Positions 27,485-37,976 of a stretch of 64,000 nucleotides of DNA are shown in pieces. Numbering within the stretch: the first letter of the stretch is position 1; each line of letters starts with the position of its first letter. The notes under the pieces are model-generated. The model was not told the origin of the DNA. It did not search any database and saw only the letters and a program-made list of their open reading frames with translations. Position numbers and translations under genes: made by a program. Origin of the DNA: Limisphaerales bacterium (GTDB lineage: Bacteria; Verrucomicrobiota; Verrucomicrobiia; Limisphaerales; JAJOIW01); assembly GCA_965657355.1 (NCBI GenBank), contig CBFHOE010000002.1, positions 96,001 through 160,000 of the forward strand, read 5' to 3'.

Positions 27485-28369
27485 TCAGTGATCTCGAGAT
27501 AATAGAAATTGGGCTAATCCTTCGAGATATTCGGATTTCCCTTTAAAAATAGCCAAGCTTTCAAAAGCCTCGCGAGTCAAGCGCTCTGCATATCTCCTAG
27601 ATTTTTCCAACCCCATCAATGCTGGATATGTCGATTTCCCAGAGTTTTCATCTTTGCCGGCTGTTTTACCGAGCTTCTCGGTGGTTTGGGTGACATCAAG
27701 AATGTCGTCGATGACTTGAAATGCCAGCCCTACTTTGTAACCAAAAGTAGTCAATGCATCCAATTGAGAGGGGGTCGCATTGGCGGCCATACCACCCAGC
27801 CTGGCACTGCACCTCAACAGGGCACTTGTCTTTCGCTCGTGGATAAATTTGAGATCAGAAACCTTGAGATTCTTCGAATTTTCTCCCTCCAAGTCAGCAA
27901 CCTGGCCCGCTATAAGTTGCTTTGATCCTGAAGCTTGGGCAAGCTCATTGACAAAATCCTTGTGCTTGTAGCGTCTAGTGGCATCGGCTTCCAGAAGCAT
28001 TTCAAAAGCTATGGTCAAAAGAGCATCGCCAGTTAACACGGCAATACCCTCGCCATATTTCTTATGGTTTGTCGGTCTTCCTCTGCGAAAATCGTCATCA
28101 TCCATGCAAGGAAGGTCGTCATGTATCAAAGAATAGGTGTGAATACATTCCACGGCGCAGGCGAATGGAAGTGATTTTTCTTTCTGGCCACCACAGGCAA
28201 GGCATGAGGCGACGACGACTGCAGGCCTTATTCTTTTCCCCCCGGCAAATATTGAATACCGCATTGACTCATGGATCGTGGAAGGCTTTGTGCGCGCTCT
28301 CGGAATCATTTGATTCAGTGCGCGATCCACAAGGTTTGCCGTATCTGCTAAAAATTCTCGAGTCTCCAT
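27485..28369 (-). CDS. ispA: polyprenyl (farnesyl/geranylgeranyl) diphosphate synthase
   Basis: GGKRIRP, LIHDDLPCMDDDDFRRG, GQ, KT, FQVIDDILD, GKD..K.TYP. Confidence 0.92.
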   Translation of the reverse strand: METREFLADTANLVDRALNQMIPRARTKPSTIHESMRYSIFAGGKRIRPAVVVASCLACGGQKEKSLPFACAVECIHTYSLIHDDLPCMDDDDFRRGRPTNHKKYGEGIAVLTGDALLTIAFEMLLEADATRRYKHKDFVNELAQASGSKQLIAGQVADLEGENSKNLKVSDLKFIHERKTSALLRCSARLGGMAANATPSQLDALTTFGYKVGLAFQVIDDILDVTQTTEKLGKTAGKDENSGKSTYPALMGLEKSRRYAERLTREAFESLAIFKGKSEYLEGLAQFLLSRDH

Positions 28370-28550
28370 TAAAATATCAAACTAATCGGACCAATGCCAA
28401 TTTTGGTCCTATTCCCCGTAAAAATGCAAATTCAATATGGTGAATTATGAATGTCAAAGAAATTCTCAAAAAATGATTGCAAATTATCTAACTATTCTTC
28501 ATCAATGTAGCCCGCCCGAATTTGGCTGGATCATTTAACATTTTTGTCAC

Positions 28551-28775
28551 GTGTCGAAAGCTCAATTGTATAAACAAGCCCTAGAAAAAGTAGGCAACCC
28601 GAATGTTCTTGTTAACATTATCTCCAGAAGGGTCAAACAACTTAATTCAGGCGGAGGAATTGGAAGGCCTCTACTTGAAGAATCAGCCACTATGAGTGCC
28701 TCTGAAATAGCTTTGACCGAGTTAATAGAGGACAAATTCGAGTGGGAATTACTTATGGATATTGAAGAGAAATAG
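28551..28775 (+). CDS. rpoZ: RNA polymerase omega subunit
   Basis: ALEKVGNP..LVN..SRRVKQL...IAL.E, 74 aa. Confidence 0.8.
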   Translation: MSKAQLYKQALEKVGNPNVLVNIISRRVKQLNSGGGIGRPLLEESATMSASEIALTELIEDKFEWELLMDIEEK

Positions 28776-28827
28776 CCCCTTAGCCAGCCTCCTATCAAAA
28801 CCAGTTCCAATTCAAAGACAATTTTCT

Positions 28828-28859
28828 AATACCAAAAGCCGTGGCTTTTGGTATTTTTT
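28828..28859 (+). terminator. hairpin/terminator between rpoZ and smpB
   Basis: Perfect inverted repeat AATACCAAAAGCC-GT-GGCTTTTGGTATT followed by Ts. Confidence 0.75.
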
Positions 28860-28880
28860 ATTAGCAAACCTCGCTTTAAA

Positions 28881-29348
28881 ATGGGTAAAGATTCCAAACC
28901 ATCAGATATAATAGTCAACAAAAAGGCAAGACACGACTTTACGGTGATGGACACTCATGAGGCTGGAATCGTATTGAAAGGTACTGAAGTTAAAGCGGTG
29001 CGAAATGGTCTTGCCCAAATAAGAGAGGCTTTCATCAGGGTCGATCATGGCCAAGTTTGGCTCCATAACGCAAATATCGAGGAATATTCTCACGGAAATC
29101 AATTTAATCATAAACCCACCGCCGCGAGAAAATTACTACTCCATAAAAAGGAAATTGAAGAATTGTTCCATAAATCAAATATTCCTGGAAATACATTAGT
29201 TCCACTCCGCCTTTATTGGAAAAAAAATAAAATTAAAGTCGAAGTCGGGGTATGCAAAGGCAAAGCACAACATGACAGAAGGCAGGACATAAAAGAAAGA
29301 GACGCAGATAGAGAAATGAAAAGAGCCCTTGCTGCCTCAAGAAGATGA
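28881..29348 (+). CDS. smpB: SsrA-binding protein
   Basis: NKKARHDF, EAGIVLKGTEVK, RKLLLHKKEI, KGK..HDRR. Confidence 0.96.
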   Translation: MGKDSKPSDIIVNKKARHDFTVMDTHEAGIVLKGTEVKAVRNGLAQIREAFIRVDHGQVWLHNANIEEYSHGNQFNHKPTAARKLLLHKKEIEELFHKSNIPGNTLVPLRLYWKKNKIKVEVGVCKGKAQHDRRQDIKERDADREMKRALAASRR

Positions 29349-29427
29349 GAAAGCATCAATTTGAACTATTTCCTTGGAAAAAGGATTAATTTGCAAGATT
29401 ATAGGTCTATCTCAAATCTTTTCCAAC

Positions 29428-30804
29428 ATGCTTGATTTATTTGGTGAACCGTCTGGAAGAAGTTCGTTTTGTGACAATCTAAGCCGCAGAGAATTTCTGA
29501 AAATTGGGGGAATGGCAGCAGGAGGCCTGGGTCTGGGTCAACTGCTGGATATAGAAGCCCAGGCGGGCACAAGCTCCTCATCAAAATCAATAATCAACAT
29601 TTTCCTTCCAGGTGGCCCTTCTCACATCGACATGTTCGATCTCAAACCGGATGCGCCTCGTGAAGTAAGAGGAGAATTCAAGCCAATCTCCACAAACGTG
29701 CCGGGGATTCAAATTTGTGAACTATTCCCAAAGTTGGCTACCATGGCCGATAAATACTCTATAATTCGGTCCATTCACGACTCGGAAGGCAGACATGATT
29801 GCTACCAGTGTATGACAGGAAGGCGAGTGAGTGACGCCAATACGGCTCCTCCAGGAGGATGGCCTTCGTTCGGATCGTGGGTCTCCAAATTGAAAGGATC
29901 CCATAAAGGCATGCCTGCTAATGTTTCTTTGATGTATCCGACGAGATTTAGGGATTGGGGAAGACCGGGAACTGGTGGCTTTATTGGGTTAGAGCATGGC
30001 CCGATAAGCCTCGTAGACAAAGATCCTAATGCTAAAGCTCGAAATATGTCTGTCGATGGATTGAGTATTAATCGCTTATCAGATCGTGAAAATTTAAGAA
30101 ACGCGCTCGATACTTTTAAAAGATCAGCCGACCAAACGGGGCAAATGCAAGGTATTGATAGCTTCCATCAACAAGCCTTGGAAATCTTAAGCGGTGGGGG
30201 CCTTTCAGCAGCGCTAGACCTTTCCTCTGAAAATTCTAAAACTCTCGATCGCTACGGGGTCAATGATCCAGCCTACCAGAGAGATGGGGCTCCAAAAATG
30301 ATACGCAATTTCCTTATTGCCCGCCGTTTGGTGGAAGCCGGGGTTCGTGTTGTTTCACTGAACTACAGCCGGTGGGATTGGCACGGGGGCGACGGAATGA
30401 ATTTCCCAAGATCTAGAGAAGAATTCCCCTTATTCGACCAAGGCCTTTCAGCACTAATCACTGACCTTCATGAACGAGGACTTGATAAAGATGTGTCTGT
30501 AGTCGTTTGGGGCGAATTTGGAAGAACGCCAAGAATCAATGCCAAAAATAGCAGAGACCATTGGCCACGGGCTTCATTCGCCTTGATGTTTGGTGGAGGA
30601 ATGCGAACAGGGCAAGTAATTGGAGCTACAGATAGGACCGGATCAGACGTCATTGAGAGACCCATTAAATTCCAAGAGGTGTTTGCCACGCTATACCACA
30701 ATATCGGAGTGGATCTTAAGTCCGCAACAATCAAGGACACTCAAGGACGCCCGCACTTTTTAGTCGACCCAGGGGTTTTACCAATTAAAGAATTGGTTGG
30801 ATAA
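29428..30804 (+). CDS. DUF1501 family protein (Tat signal)
   Basis: SRREFLKIG, GGPSHIDMFDLKP, ARRLVEAGV, WD.H, GEFGRTP, RDHW. Confidence 0.93.
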   Translation: MLDLFGEPSGRSSFCDNLSRREFLKIGGMAAGGLGLGQLLDIEAQAGTSSSSKSIINIFLPGGPSHIDMFDLKPDAPREVRGEFKPISTNVPGIQICELFPKLATMADKYSIIRSIHDSEGRHDCYQCMTGRRVSDANTAPPGGWPSFGSWVSKLKGSHKGMPANVSLMYPTRFRDWGRPGTGGFIGLEHGPISLVDKDPNAKARNMSVDGLSINRLSDRENLRNALDTFKRSADQTGQMQGIDSFHQQALEILSGGGLSAALDLSSENSKTLDRYGVNDPAYQRDGAPKMIRNFLIARRLVEAGVRVVSLNYSRWDWHGGDGMNFPRSREEFPLFDQGLSALITDLHERGLDKDVSVVVWGEFGRTPRINAKNSRDHWPRASFALMFGGGMRTGQVIGATDRTGSDVIERPIKFQEVFATLYHNIGVDLKSATIKDTQGRPHFLVDPGVLPIKELVG

Positions 30805-30832
30805 CTTTTCCATCACCCATGCCGATAATCAT

Positions 30833-32140
30833 ATGAATAAAAAAATCACAAACACAACACGAAGAAAATTTTTAAAGACATCGGCAGCTTCATTCGGCTT
30901 GGCCACGGGCATACCGAGTTTCTTTATCAAAAATAGTCAAGGGGCGGAGAATAGTCCGAATTCCAAAATAAACATTGGCGTCATCGGTTATGGTAAAAGA
31001 ACTCGCAGTCTTCTTAATAGCGCACTGCGCAATCCGGACACCCATATAGTCGCACTTGCCGAAGTAGAAAAAAGCAGACTTGAGCACGGTTTAAATGCTG
31101 CAAACAAAAATGGCAAAGGGGGATCCAACCAGACGAAAGGTTATGTTGATTTCCGTGAAATGTTTTCTAATCACGATCTCGATGCTGTCATCATCGGAAC
31201 GCCAGACCACTCACACGTCGTCCAATGCCTCCTTGCGGCAAGACAGGGAATGGATATCTATTGTGAAAAACCTCTTACACTAACAATCCATGAAGGCAGG
31301 GTACTTGCCGACGTCGTGAAGGAGAAAAAAATTGTTTTCCAGACAGGCAGCCAACAAAGAAGCGAATACGGCCACAGATTTAAAAAAGCCGCTGAATTAA
31401 TTAGAAACGGTTACCTTGGGGAAATCAGAGAAGTTTTTGTTAATGTCGGGGCTCCGCCTATTCCTTGCGATCTTCCCGGAGAACCAATCCCACAAGGAAC
31501 GGATTGGGATCTATGGTTGGGGCCTGCGGCATATCGTGACTATAACTCTATCCTATGTCCAAAAGGCATTCACAACCACTTCCCTGCATTCAGGAAATAT
31601 TCTGAATTTGCCGGGGGGCCTTTAGCCGATATTGGAGCTCACCATTTCGATATCGTTCAATGGGCATTGGGCATGGATAACACTGGCCCAATTTCCATTA
31701 CACCTCCTGAGAATGGATCAAAAAGAGACCTTGTTTTCGAGTATGCAAATGGAATCAAACTGACTCATGGGGGAAAAGGCTCGATAACTTTCATTGGATC
31801 AGAGGGAACACTTAACGTTGGAAGAGGTTCGATCAGCGCTGATCCATCTCATATTCTTGACATAGAATTAAAGACAACAGACACCCCTGTCTACCACTCG
31901 ACCAATCACATGCGCAACTGGTTAGATTGTATTCATTCAAGAAAAGATCCAATTTGTACCGCTGAAATAGGCCATAGATCAGCTTCCATTTGTCACCTTG
32001 CCAACCTTGGTTACCTCCTAAACAGACCTCTTAAATGGGATCCGAAAAAGGAGGAATTTATTGGAGATGAGGCCGCGAACAAACACCTTCACCGCAAAGC
32101 GCGAGCTCCCTGGAACCTAGCCGAGCTTAATAAAGCATAG
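30833..32140 (+). CDS. Gfo/Idh/MocA oxidoreductase (Tat signal)
   Basis: TRRKFLK, TPDH.H, YCEKP, QTGSQQRS, DWDLWLGPA, GAHHFD. Confidence 0.92.
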   Translation: MNKKITNTTRRKFLKTSAASFGLATGIPSFFIKNSQGAENSPNSKINIGVIGYGKRTRSLLNSALRNPDTHIVALAEVEKSRLEHGLNAANKNGKGGSNQTKGYVDFREMFSNHDLDAVIIGTPDHSHVVQCLLAARQGMDIYCEKPLTLTIHEGRVLADVVKEKKIVFQTGSQQRSEYGHRFKKAAELIRNGYLGEIREVFVNVGAPPIPCDLPGEPIPQGTDWDLWLGPAAYRDYNSILCPKGIHNHFPAFRKYSEFAGGPLADIGAHHFDIVQWALGMDNTGPISITPPENGSKRDLVFEYANGIKLTHGGKGSITFIGSEGTLNVGRGSISADPSHILDIELKTTDTPVYHSTNHMRNWLDCIHSRKDPICTAEIGHRSASICHLANLGYLLNRPLKWDPKKEEFIGDEAANKHLHRKARAPWNLAELNKA

Positions 32141-32147
32141 TGAGAAC

Positions 32148-33368
32148 CTATCTGCTCTTTATATCTACAGAAGAATAACTCTCCAAAGAATTGGATCTGT
32201 CTTTCAATGGCAACATAACTTCTCGGCCATCTTGGATGTGCGAGTAAAAAACGGCATGCACTAGCTCAACTGTCTGTGCACCCTCATTAACCGAACACAC
32301 AGGGGCTTTGTTAAGTTCAATCGCTGTTAACAAATCATCAACGGGTATATCGTGATTTTGCACCCCATTAATAATGCCTTGGTTTTGTTCAGCCATACCA
32401 ATTCCATTTGTCGCAATTGGTTTCCATGAACGATTATCAGGAGAAACGCTAAGAGGATTACCCTCTTGAAAATAGGCTACGGGATCCCTATCGCAAAATA
32501 TTCTTATGACCCCTTTACTACCTATGATGTTTAATCCAAACCCGTGGTTTTGAGTTTCATCATTTGCAATAGAATCAAAATAAGAGGCTATTCCTGAAGA
32601 ATGCCAGTACCGGGCATGTATCTCATCACCTATGATTAAGCCGAGGTTTTCATTACCTTTCACTACATCATTCCTATTCGCCAGCCGACCTTTGACAAAG
32701 CAACGAGCAGAGCATGATTCGACTGGGCCGCCAAAATAAGCCATTAAATCAAGGACATGTGTTCCAAGCACCCACAAATCTTCTCCACCACCGCGGTGAT
32801 CCCCCTTCCCTCGACCGCGGATTTCTAGAATTTTTCCAAAGCGCCCTTCATCAAGGAAGTCCTTTATTAAATGAATAACTGGATGGTATCGATTCCTGTG
32901 GGCAACCGCCATCTTAACTCCTGAAGTCTTGCAGAGCGACTTAAGAGTGTCAGCTTCAACCGGGGTTCTGACGAAGGGTTTCTCAATGTATATCCCCTTC
33001 ACACCACTTTTTATGGCTTCACTGCACATTTCAAAATGTTGATCTGGTTGGCGAGGACATACGGCAACGACATCAGGCCGCATTTCAGATAGCATTTTTC
33101 GATAATCATTGAATCCTCTGTCTTTTGGCAATTTCAACCTAGATATTGCATTACCCAAGCCATTACGATCTGGATCGGCAACACCGATAATATTTGCTTT
33201 TGGAGATCGGAGCCATACTGTATCGAGGCCATGGCCGTAGTTGCCCCTCCCCGTATGACCGATGATACAAACAGACCGCTTGGCCTGTGGTAAATTAGCA
33301 AGAGATCGATTGGCGGCTAATGCAAAACAACTCGATCCGCCCAATTTAAAAAAAGTTCTCCTCTTCAT
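32148..33368 (-). CDS. Gfo/Idh/MocA oxidoreductase (Tat signal)
   Basis: MKRRTFFK, GHTGRGNYGHG, YIEKP, GTHVLD. Confidence 0.88.
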   Translation of the reverse strand: MKRRTFFKLGGSSCFALAANRSLANLPQAKRSVCIIGHTGRGNYGHGLDTVWLRSPKANIIGVADPDRNGLGNAISRLKLPKDRGFNDYRKMLSEMRPDVVAVCPRQPDQHFEMCSEAIKSGVKGIYIEKPFVRTPVEADTLKSLCKTSGVKMAVAHRNRYHPVIHLIKDFLDEGRFGKILEIRGRGKGDHRGGGEDLWVLGTHVLDLMAYFGGPVESCSARCFVKGRLANRNDVVKGNENLGLIIGDEIHARYWHSSGIASYFDSIANDETQNHGFGLNIIGSKGVIRIFCDRDPVAYFQEGNPLSVSPDNRSWKPIATNGIGMAEQNQGIINGVQNHDIPVDDLLTAIELNKAPVCSVNEGAQTVELVHAVFYSHIQDGREVMLPLKDRSNSLESYSSVDIKSR

Positions 33369-33546
33369 ATCGAATTCAGACAAGTATAAGAATAGGATAA
33401 ATTCTACACCCATATTATTCAATTACTCGTTTTACAATGAGGCCAAGTCTAAACCTGACCACCAGGCAAAATCTCTTCCATATCTCTTCGTTTGCCCTAT
33501 CATCGTATTGATGATATTCCACGCTCAAATTCTCAAAGTTTTAAAA

Positions 33547-34926
33547 ATGAAGAAATTATTAGCTATCTTTCTCATGCTGTTTCTGCAGCCACAGAATGGA
33601 CTATCCAAAAATTTTGTTGTCGTTATCGCAGATGATTTAGCCTGGAATGATTTGGGCTGCTACGGACACCCGTTTATAAAAACCCCAAATATAGACCGCA
33701 TCGCATCTCAAGGATTAACTTTTACCAACGCCTACCTCACCACGAGCTCTTGCAGCCCAAGTAGATGTAGTATTTTGACTAGCCAATACCCCCATAACAC
33801 CGGGGCTGGTGAATTACACCTTCCATTGCCCAACAATAAGATAACTTTGGCAAAAGTATTAAAGGAAAATGGATACTACACCGCTTCGGCTGGCAAATGG
33901 CATCTTGGAAATCATATTAAAACCCACTTTGACAAAATATACAAAAAAGGTGGTGTTAGTGGAGCCGATGAATGGGTCACGTCGATAAATGAAGCCCCAT
34001 CCGACAAACCATTTTTCCTTTGGCTAGCGGCCTCCGACCCTCACAGAGGATACCGGCCCAACTCAATTTCAGAACCTCATTCGAAAGATGACGTCATTTT
34101 GCCTCCCTTTATACCAGACACACAAGAAATCCGTGATGACTTTGCTTTATATTACGACGAGGTTTCAAGGTTTGATGAATACATAGGGCGTATTCTAAAA
34201 GCTCTTGAGAAAAAAAAGGTTATGGACCAAACAGCAATTTTTATCATGTCGGATAATGGAAGGCCATTTCCTCGCTGTAAAACCACACTTTACGACAGTG
34301 GGATAAAAACACCTGTTATCGCCTTGATTCCAAAAGTAACAAAACCGGGTTCAAAAACCGAAAACCTTATTAGTTCGATTGACCTTGCTTCTACTATTTT
34401 AGATCTAGCCAATATTCAGCAACCCAAATCTTTTCAAGGTGTATCATTTGTGCCTCTATTGAAAGACCCGTCCAAAAGCGTCAGGCAATTTGTATTTGCG
34501 GAACATAATTGGCATGATTATATGGCTAGAGAAAGCAGTGTTAGATCAAAGCAATTTTTGTATATTTCAAATGATTTACCCCACCTACCCCTTACACCAC
34601 CTGCTGATGCCGTCAATTCTCCCACATGGTCTTCAATGAGAAAGTTATTATCCCTTGGAAGGCTAAACAATAAGCAATTTGATTGTTTCATATCGCCAAG
34701 ACCGCATGAACAACTTTTTGATACAGAGAAAGACCCCTTTCAATTGAACAACCTTGCAGAAGACCCCGATTATAAAATTAATTTAAAAGCCATGAGAGAA
34801 ACCCACGATAAATGGCGCATCTCTACCGAATACCCTACTAAAAATATTTCACAAATAACTCCGGACGGCTTTGATAGAGTTACAGGAAAAAAATTAATAA
34901 AAAAAGCTCACCCGTCATTCGATTGA
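33547..34926 (+). CDS. Cys-type sulfatase (sulfamidase/heparan N-sulfatase-like)
   Basis: Likely start MKKLLAIF; IADDL, CSPSR, GKWH, DPHR, SDNG.PFPRCK. Confidence 0.92.
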   Translation: MKKLLAIFLMLFLQPQNGLSKNFVVVIADDLAWNDLGCYGHPFIKTPNIDRIASQGLTFTNAYLTTSSCSPSRCSILTSQYPHNTGAGELHLPLPNNKITLAKVLKENGYYTASAGKWHLGNHIKTHFDKIYKKGGVSGADEWVTSINEAPSDKPFFLWLAASDPHRGYRPNSISEPHSKDDVILPPFIPDTQEIRDDFALYYDEVSRFDEYIGRILKALEKKKVMDQTAIFIMSDNGRPFPRCKTTLYDSGIKTPVIALIPKVTKPGSKTENLISSIDLASTILDLANIQQPKSFQGVSFVPLLKDPSKSVRQFVFAEHNWHDYMARESSVRSKQFLYISNDLPHLPLTPPADAVNSPTWSSMRKLLSLGRLNNKQFDCFISPRPHEQLFDTEKDPFQLNNLAEDPDYKINLKAMRETHDKWRISTEYPTKNISQITPDGFDRVTGKKLIKKAHPSFD

Positions 34927-34952
34927 GTTAGTCTATCTATAGGAAAAAAAGA

Positions 34953-36425
34953 ATGAATTCAAAATTTGTGAAACTTCTAAAAATCAAATTCTTCTTCGTC
35001 ATTGCATCACTTTCAATTGTCGATCAATCAGCATATCCGTCTGAAGTAATCGAGAGTAATCACCCAAATATCATTTTCGTACTCGTAGATGATATGGGAT
35101 ACGGGGATTTGAATTGTTATAATCCTTCCTCAAAAATCCAAACGCCTAACCTCGATAAACTTGCTCAGGAAGGCATGAGATTTACCGATGCTCATTCCGC
35201 CGGAACACTTTGCCATCCATCTCGCTATGGACTACTGACTGGACAATACCCATTCAGGGCAAATCCAGGTGCTTGGAGAAAGCAAGCAACAATTGCCCCG
35301 GACCGTCTAACCATCCCAAAAATGCTGAAATCTGCAAATTATCGAACAGCTATGGTTGGCAAATGGCACCTAGGTTTTGATGAAAAATCGTATAAAGAGC
35401 CATTACCCGGTGGTCCGGTCGATAGAGGTTTCGATTCATTCTTCGGAATAAGAGCATCTACGGATATCCCTCCATATTTTTACATCAAAAACAACAAGGC
35501 CATCATGCCTCCAACCAATAAAATTGCTGCTAATAAATCACCAAATTGGTCCCCCATCCAAGGTGCGTTCTGGAGGGAAGGCGGAATCTCACCAGACCTG
35601 AAACTCGAAGACGTTCTCCCTAGATTTTTTAGTGAAGCCAATAAAGTCCTAGAAACACATAAGGTAAAAAATCACAATGATCCTCTTTTCCTTTACCTGG
35701 CGCTACCTGCCCCACATACACCATGGCTGCCATCGGACGAGTTCAAAGGGAAAAGTGAAGCCTCTATGTATGGAGATTTTGTCATGATGGTTGATTCCCT
35801 TTTTGGGAATTTGATAAAAACTCTCAGTTCATTGGATATGAATGAAAATACGATAATCATATTTTCGTCAGACAATGGCCCCGTTTGGTACGAGGAGGAC
35901 GTCGAAAGATTTAATCATGATTCCACCGGAGGATTTAGAGGGATGAAAGCGGATGCATGGGAAGGCGGACACAGGATGCCGTTCATAGTGAAATGGCCCG
36001 GAGTAGTTGAAAGTCACTCAACATGCAACCACACCATAAGTTTTGTTGATGTGTTGGCTACTTTAGCTGAGATTGTCAATGTACCACTTGAAGCGCAAGA
36101 GGCACCTGATAGTCACAGCTTTTTACCTCTGCTACGCCAATCATATAAATCCAATACTTCATTCAGAGCACCACTTGTAATAAAATCAGGATCCTCGTTG
36201 ATGACCATTCGCGAAGGAAAATGGAAGCTAATCACCGGGCTTGGTTCAGGAGGCTTTTCAAAACCCAGGTCAATCCAAGTCTCCCCAGGAGGACCAAAGG
36301 GACAATTGTATAATCTCAAATTAGACCCCTTCGAAACGAATAATCTTTACAGTCGACACCCTGAAATTGTCTCAAACCTTTCCAGAAAACTGGAAAAAAT
36401 CGTTGCAAACCCAATATCTAGGTAA
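34953..36425 (+). CDS. Cys-type arylsulfatase
   Basis: PNIIFVLVDDMGYGD, CHPSR, GKWHLG, PHTP, SDNG, EGGHR.P. Confidence 0.93.
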   Translation: MNSKFVKLLKIKFFFVIASLSIVDQSAYPSEVIESNHPNIIFVLVDDMGYGDLNCYNPSSKIQTPNLDKLAQEGMRFTDAHSAGTLCHPSRYGLLTGQYPFRANPGAWRKQATIAPDRLTIPKMLKSANYRTAMVGKWHLGFDEKSYKEPLPGGPVDRGFDSFFGIRASTDIPPYFYIKNNKAIMPPTNKIAANKSPNWSPIQGAFWREGGISPDLKLEDVLPRFFSEANKVLETHKVKNHNDPLFLYLALPAPHTPWLPSDEFKGKSEASMYGDFVMMVDSLFGNLIKTLSSLDMNENTIIIFSSDNGPVWYEEDVERFNHDSTGGFRGMKADAWEGGHRMPFIVKWPGVVESHSTCNHTISFVDVLATLAEIVNVPLEAQEAPDSHSFLPLLRQSYKSNTSFRAPLVIKSGSSLMTIREGKWKLITGLGSGGFSKPRSIQVSPGGPKGQLYNLKLDPFETNNLYSRHPEIVSNLSRKLEKIVANPISR

Positions 36426-36549
36426 TGATTCTCTATTGTGTAATTTCAAAGTTGATGAAACCTGTTTTTTTTAAAGATCTTTATATCTGTTGACTTTTAA
36501 GGACTGCCAAATACATTTGTAATCCACTTAAGGACCCCTCGTTTATTAT

Positions 36550-36996
36550 ATGAGTTCCAAAGTAACAAATGCTTTTGCCACAATAACAGAATGGATTTTA
36601 AAAATTGCTTTACTGGCAGTCATCGTTTGGCTTATTTCCATCGGATTGGAAAAATTTGATTCGGCAACTTTTCATAAAAAATTCGTTAACTATTCTATCC
36701 AAATGAATAGGAGGGCCCCAATAATGCTCGATGGTATCAAGGCTAGAATTGATTCAACTTTTTATACCAATAGCATTTTTTACGTGGATATGACTATTGG
36801 CGACTCCATTAAGGCGAATCCGCCTATTTTTGATATACACGCCAAAACAAGAGAACTACTTTCTGCCTACACTGGTCCAGACGACTTTGGAAACGCCGTT
36901 CAGACATACAGAATAACGACGACCTATAGATTTAATGATAAAAAGGATTTTCCACTCAAAGCAATGAATATTGACCACCGTGATTACTTCAAATAG
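36550..36996 (+). CDS. membrane-anchored hypothetical protein
   Basis: N-terminal TM helix; 148-aa ORF filling the gap. Confidence 0.65.
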   Translation: MSSKVTNAFATITEWILKIALLAVIVWLISIGLEKFDSATFHKKFVNYSIQMNRRAPIMLDGIKARIDSTFYTNSIFYVDMTIGDSIKANPPIFDIHAKTRELLSAYTGPDDFGNAVQTYRITTTYRFNDKKDFPLKAMNIDHRDYFK

Positions 36997-37040
36997 ATCG
37001 TTGGTAATTATGTAAAACAATAAATTCGTTCCCTATTCCC

Positions 37041-37913
37041 ATGGCTAATAAATCTCAAGCACACTTTCATATTTTAAAGTTATCTTTGTTTCTTCTCATT
37101 TTTGCACCGTCACTGGGTCGTGCGCAGGTGGATGTGTCAATCTCCCTTTCAGACTCGCGAATACTTCAAGGTGAACCGCTTTATGGTTTCCTAAAGATTG
37201 TTAATAACGCCGGTAAAGATATTAAAGTTGGTGATTTTCCTGGATGGTTGGATATCGAAGTTGAACAAAAATCAGATGGAGTTGCTGTAAAAATTGGTTC
37301 CCTAACTCATAATGATGGGCTGTTAATCTCGGCGGGCCAATCCCAAAATATCCCATTGCAAATAAATGAACTCTACGACCTGATGACAGTTTCTCGCTAT
37401 ACGGTGACAGCGCGGTTGAGGATCCAGTCATTTGAAAATCCGTTTGAGAGTAAATCGCAATTTTTCGATGTCGTCTCGGGCACGAAAATTTGGAAGCAAA
37501 ACTACTCGGCGCCATCAATCTCTGGGATTGGGGGGACGCCGGCAGTATTCACATACAACCTCATGTCCAATACCGGCAGGCATGGCAAAAAGCTACTTTT
37601 TCAGATCAAAGATACTGATCCGGACCGCATTATTAGAACTGTCCCTATTTGCAAGATGATCTCGTTTTCAAAACCAGAAGCAAAGATAGATCCCGCTAGC
37701 AACCTTCATATTCTTTGCCAATATGGGAGATCTTCATACACCTACAATATATATAATCCAAAAGGGGATCTCCTTTTGCGAACAACTTATAAAGCGGACC
37801 CAGCCAAGCCTTTCCTCAAAAAAAATCTGGATGGGATAATAGAAGTGAAAGGAGGAAAAAGAATCCCCATGGAAACTGATTTTTTGCCAAAGTCACTGAG
37901 AGTTAAAAAATAA
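37041..37913 (+). CDS. secreted hypothetical protein (beta-rich)
   Basis: Signal peptide ending ..GRA-Q; 290-aa ORF. Confidence 0.75.
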   Translation: MANKSQAHFHILKLSLFLLIFAPSLGRAQVDVSISLSDSRILQGEPLYGFLKIVNNAGKDIKVGDFPGWLDIEVEQKSDGVAVKIGSLTHNDGLLISAGQSQNIPLQINELYDLMTVSRYTVTARLRIQSFENPFESKSQFFDVVSGTKIWKQNYSAPSISGIGGTPAVFTYNLMSNTGRHGKKLLFQIKDTDPDRIIRTVPICKMISFSKPEAKIDPASNLHILCQYGRSSYTYNIYNPKGDLLLRTTYKADPAKPFLKKNLDGIIEVKGGKRIPMETDFLPKSLRVKK

Positions 37914-37976
37914 ATCTGAATGGAATAATACATTGGTCAATTCATTCAGGAAAAATCGATTCCAATGACTACCGAG

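Noticed and set aside
28881..29430. tmRNA (ssrA) near smpB
   Set aside because: The flanking gaps are under about 110 nt and contain no tRNA-like ends
33262..33546. Apparent overlap between the sulfatase ORF and the divergent oxidoreductase
   Set aside because: The overlap disappears with the likely starts at 33547 (signal peptide) and 33368 (Tat motif)
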